From Lama glama (Eukaryota): 64,000 nt of DNA. The notes under the pieces were generated by a model. The model ran no database searches and was not told where the DNA came from. It saw only the letters and a program-made list of their open reading frames with translations. The DNA is taken from positions 6,264,001 through 6,328,000 of the forward strand of contig CM052817.1 of the NCBI GenBank assembly GCA_028534125.1. The letters run 5' to 3'. Made by a program: the position numbers and the translations under genes. This document shows, in pieces, positions 61,761-64,000 of the stretch (its first letter is position 1; each line of letters opens with the position of its first letter).

Positions 61761-64000
61761 GTACAAACCCCACTCCACACACCCTGCCCTCTGTGTGACT
61801 TCTTACCCAAACCTGCTCAGCCTCAAACCTTGTAAAATTCTGAAGTGGATTCATCACATAATGTTTAATATAACGTAATGTCTAGGACACAAACCAGGAC
61901 TGGAAAAAATGTGAACTTGTCTTCCTCTGCTTCTTTTTTTAAACACACAGAGCTCTGAATCTCTTTGTGAAGGTTGGCCTCCTCCAGATCCTCATGGGGA
62001 CCCTCTATAAGAATCTCTCACTTCACCCACTGAAGAGAGGAAATAAAACTGGAGATTTACCAGGACATGAAAGAGAGGCCCACACTCCAAAGCCAACAAC
62101 AACACAAAAAGTCGCTGTGTTTGTTCTTCGGAGCAGAGAGTGAGGCTTGATCTTCAAATACCTTTTTTTTCGACCAGAGAAACAACATAGGATGAAGGCT
62201 GGTATATTTTTTAACATAAAGGGATAGACAGAGCCTCAAACATAAGTACTCAAAGAAGGAAAAATAAAAGAAGAAAGAATAAAACTCACTGTGAGGATCT
62301 CTGGCACACAGATAGACACATTAATTTTAGTTTCTAAACGTTTTAGATTGGAGCGACAGCAAGATTCCAGAGAGCACTACACAGGTGTTCTTTGGTTAAC
62401 CAACTGTGGTCATCCTCCAAAGACTTAACTGACAAAAGGAGAGAAATGGGCAAGTTCATAGAAAGGGTTGGGAGAAATCTTAGGAAAGCACAACTTAGAT
62501 ATAACTTATTCACTCATCAATTGAGCCAACTCTCTGAGCCCATCATTGTCAGCCACCTAACAGAAACTGGGGGCACAGAGATAGAGAAGATCCTGTCTAC
62601 TGCCTTCCCAGATGGCTACTTTTGTACAGATGTGCAAGGTGCTTGAGGTTGTAGATGACAGACTGTTTTTCTGTAGCAATCAGACAAGACTTGCAGAGGA
62701 AGTGACGTCAGAGCTGAATCTCAATGTTCATGTGGTGTTCACCTGGCATCCACGAGGGGAAAGTGCTGATTTCATGAAGAAGTGAAAAATTTCTAAAAGA
62801 AATGAAATTGAATTATTTGTACACTCCAGCCCGCTATATTGACTCTCATACATCAAACAGCACATGTGTTAAAAATCAGAGATTTCTAACTTCAGTTCCT
62901 AGCTTGCTCATTTACTAATTTATTTGCCATCATAATTCTTGCATCACACACCAAAAAACTTGCAACTTGGAGAGCTTAAGTAGCTTGCCTCAAATTGGTC
63001 CCCCCCGATAGTGGGATGAAGTGAAGAGCTATCAAACCTGAAGGGTCACCCAAGGCTTGCCATACAGTAAGCTCTTAATCCATGTGGCTGTTACTGTCTA
63101 GTATTTGGGAGGTGTGAGGGATGATCCTCAGGGAAACTTGGCCAAAGCGTTTTCTATGAATAAGCCCTTTTTCAGAATAGCCAACAAAAGAAAAGTTCTG
63201 GCTCTAAGAGAGGTGAAATTTCGATCATCAGAGAAGGATTCCAAGGATGAGGCAAAGATGGCTTATTGAGGTTCTGCATGATGAGAACACATCCTTATTC
63301 CCCCTTACATCTGCTCCCACGCTGCTCACTAACCCAGCATCGCTGGGGGCATTGATTTCAAGAAGGGCAGCGCTTTGCTCCATGTCAGCCCCTTAGAGGT
63401 TGCTCTGTCAAATGTACCCCCAGGGCGATTGAAACACATCACTCTTCTCTCTTGTGATGCTTAATTTGTCTTCACAGCACTTAAAACTTTCAAGTCCCAC
63501 ATTTGGCTTTATTTTATTTTTTTTTAATATGCCTTCAACGTCAGAGCACAAGCTCTACAAGGGCAAGGACATTTTCTCCCTGCTGTTTCCCCAAAGGCAA
63601 TGGGGTCTCAAAACATAATGACAGGTATGGATGTGCTATTGTCATCCATTATAACTATGGTTGCAGGAATACATGACTGCTTAATAAATGTGGGAATACC
63701 AGTAACTTGAAAGGGAAATCTTCAGAGTACACCTCCTCTTTTGTATTCTTTATTTTACTGAATTTGCACACAAAATTTCCTCATGTATTCCAGCCCCAAA
63801 CTGGGATAATCTCTGATACTTTTCTCACTCTGAATGTATATAGATATGGAAATGCTCAATCAACTCATAAACTTTACATTGTACTTCCCTGTTCCTATTC
63901 CCATATCCTGGCTGCTGGGATCATTGCTCACCTGGGATGCTTTCATAACACCTGGACTGCTCTCTCTTTCCCTTGTGTCCATCCCCACTGGTTTCCAGGT

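Noticed and set aside
1..64000. A novel multi-gene system
   Set aside because: There are no intact coding genes, operon-like structure or RNA genes. The recognisable content is explained by known mammalian repeat classes.

Overview
Mammalian nuclear DNA that is AT-rich, CpG-depleted and dominated by interspersed repeats. It is most likely camelid (alpaca/llama/camel): three tRNA-derived SINEs match the camelid Vic-1 pattern and several young, near-identical L1 3' ends occur. I find no supportable protein-coding exon, RNA gene or CpG island. The ORF track is explained by chance ORFs and decayed transposon ORFs. The window is a layered transposable-element record: an ERVL integrase/dUTPase remnant plus an MLT2 LTR, more than 20 solo LTRs, a decayed hAT-Tip100 (Zaphod-like) transposase, a Tigger1 deletion derivative inside L1 ORF2, MER20/MER33/MER5 MITEs and many MIR/L2 fragments. 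I did not find a convincing novel biological system. The best leads are a young TSD-flanked ERV1-type solo LTR with 20-bp internal repeats, L1 3'-transduction signatures, a stack of three L1 3' ends, an LTR orientation bias hinting at a minus-strand host transcript, and two non-repetitive candidate cis-regulatory modules (about 41.9-42.2 kb and 46.5-46.7 kb). Family names come from recalled consensus sequences, not from a search. Boundaries without TSDs are approximate.
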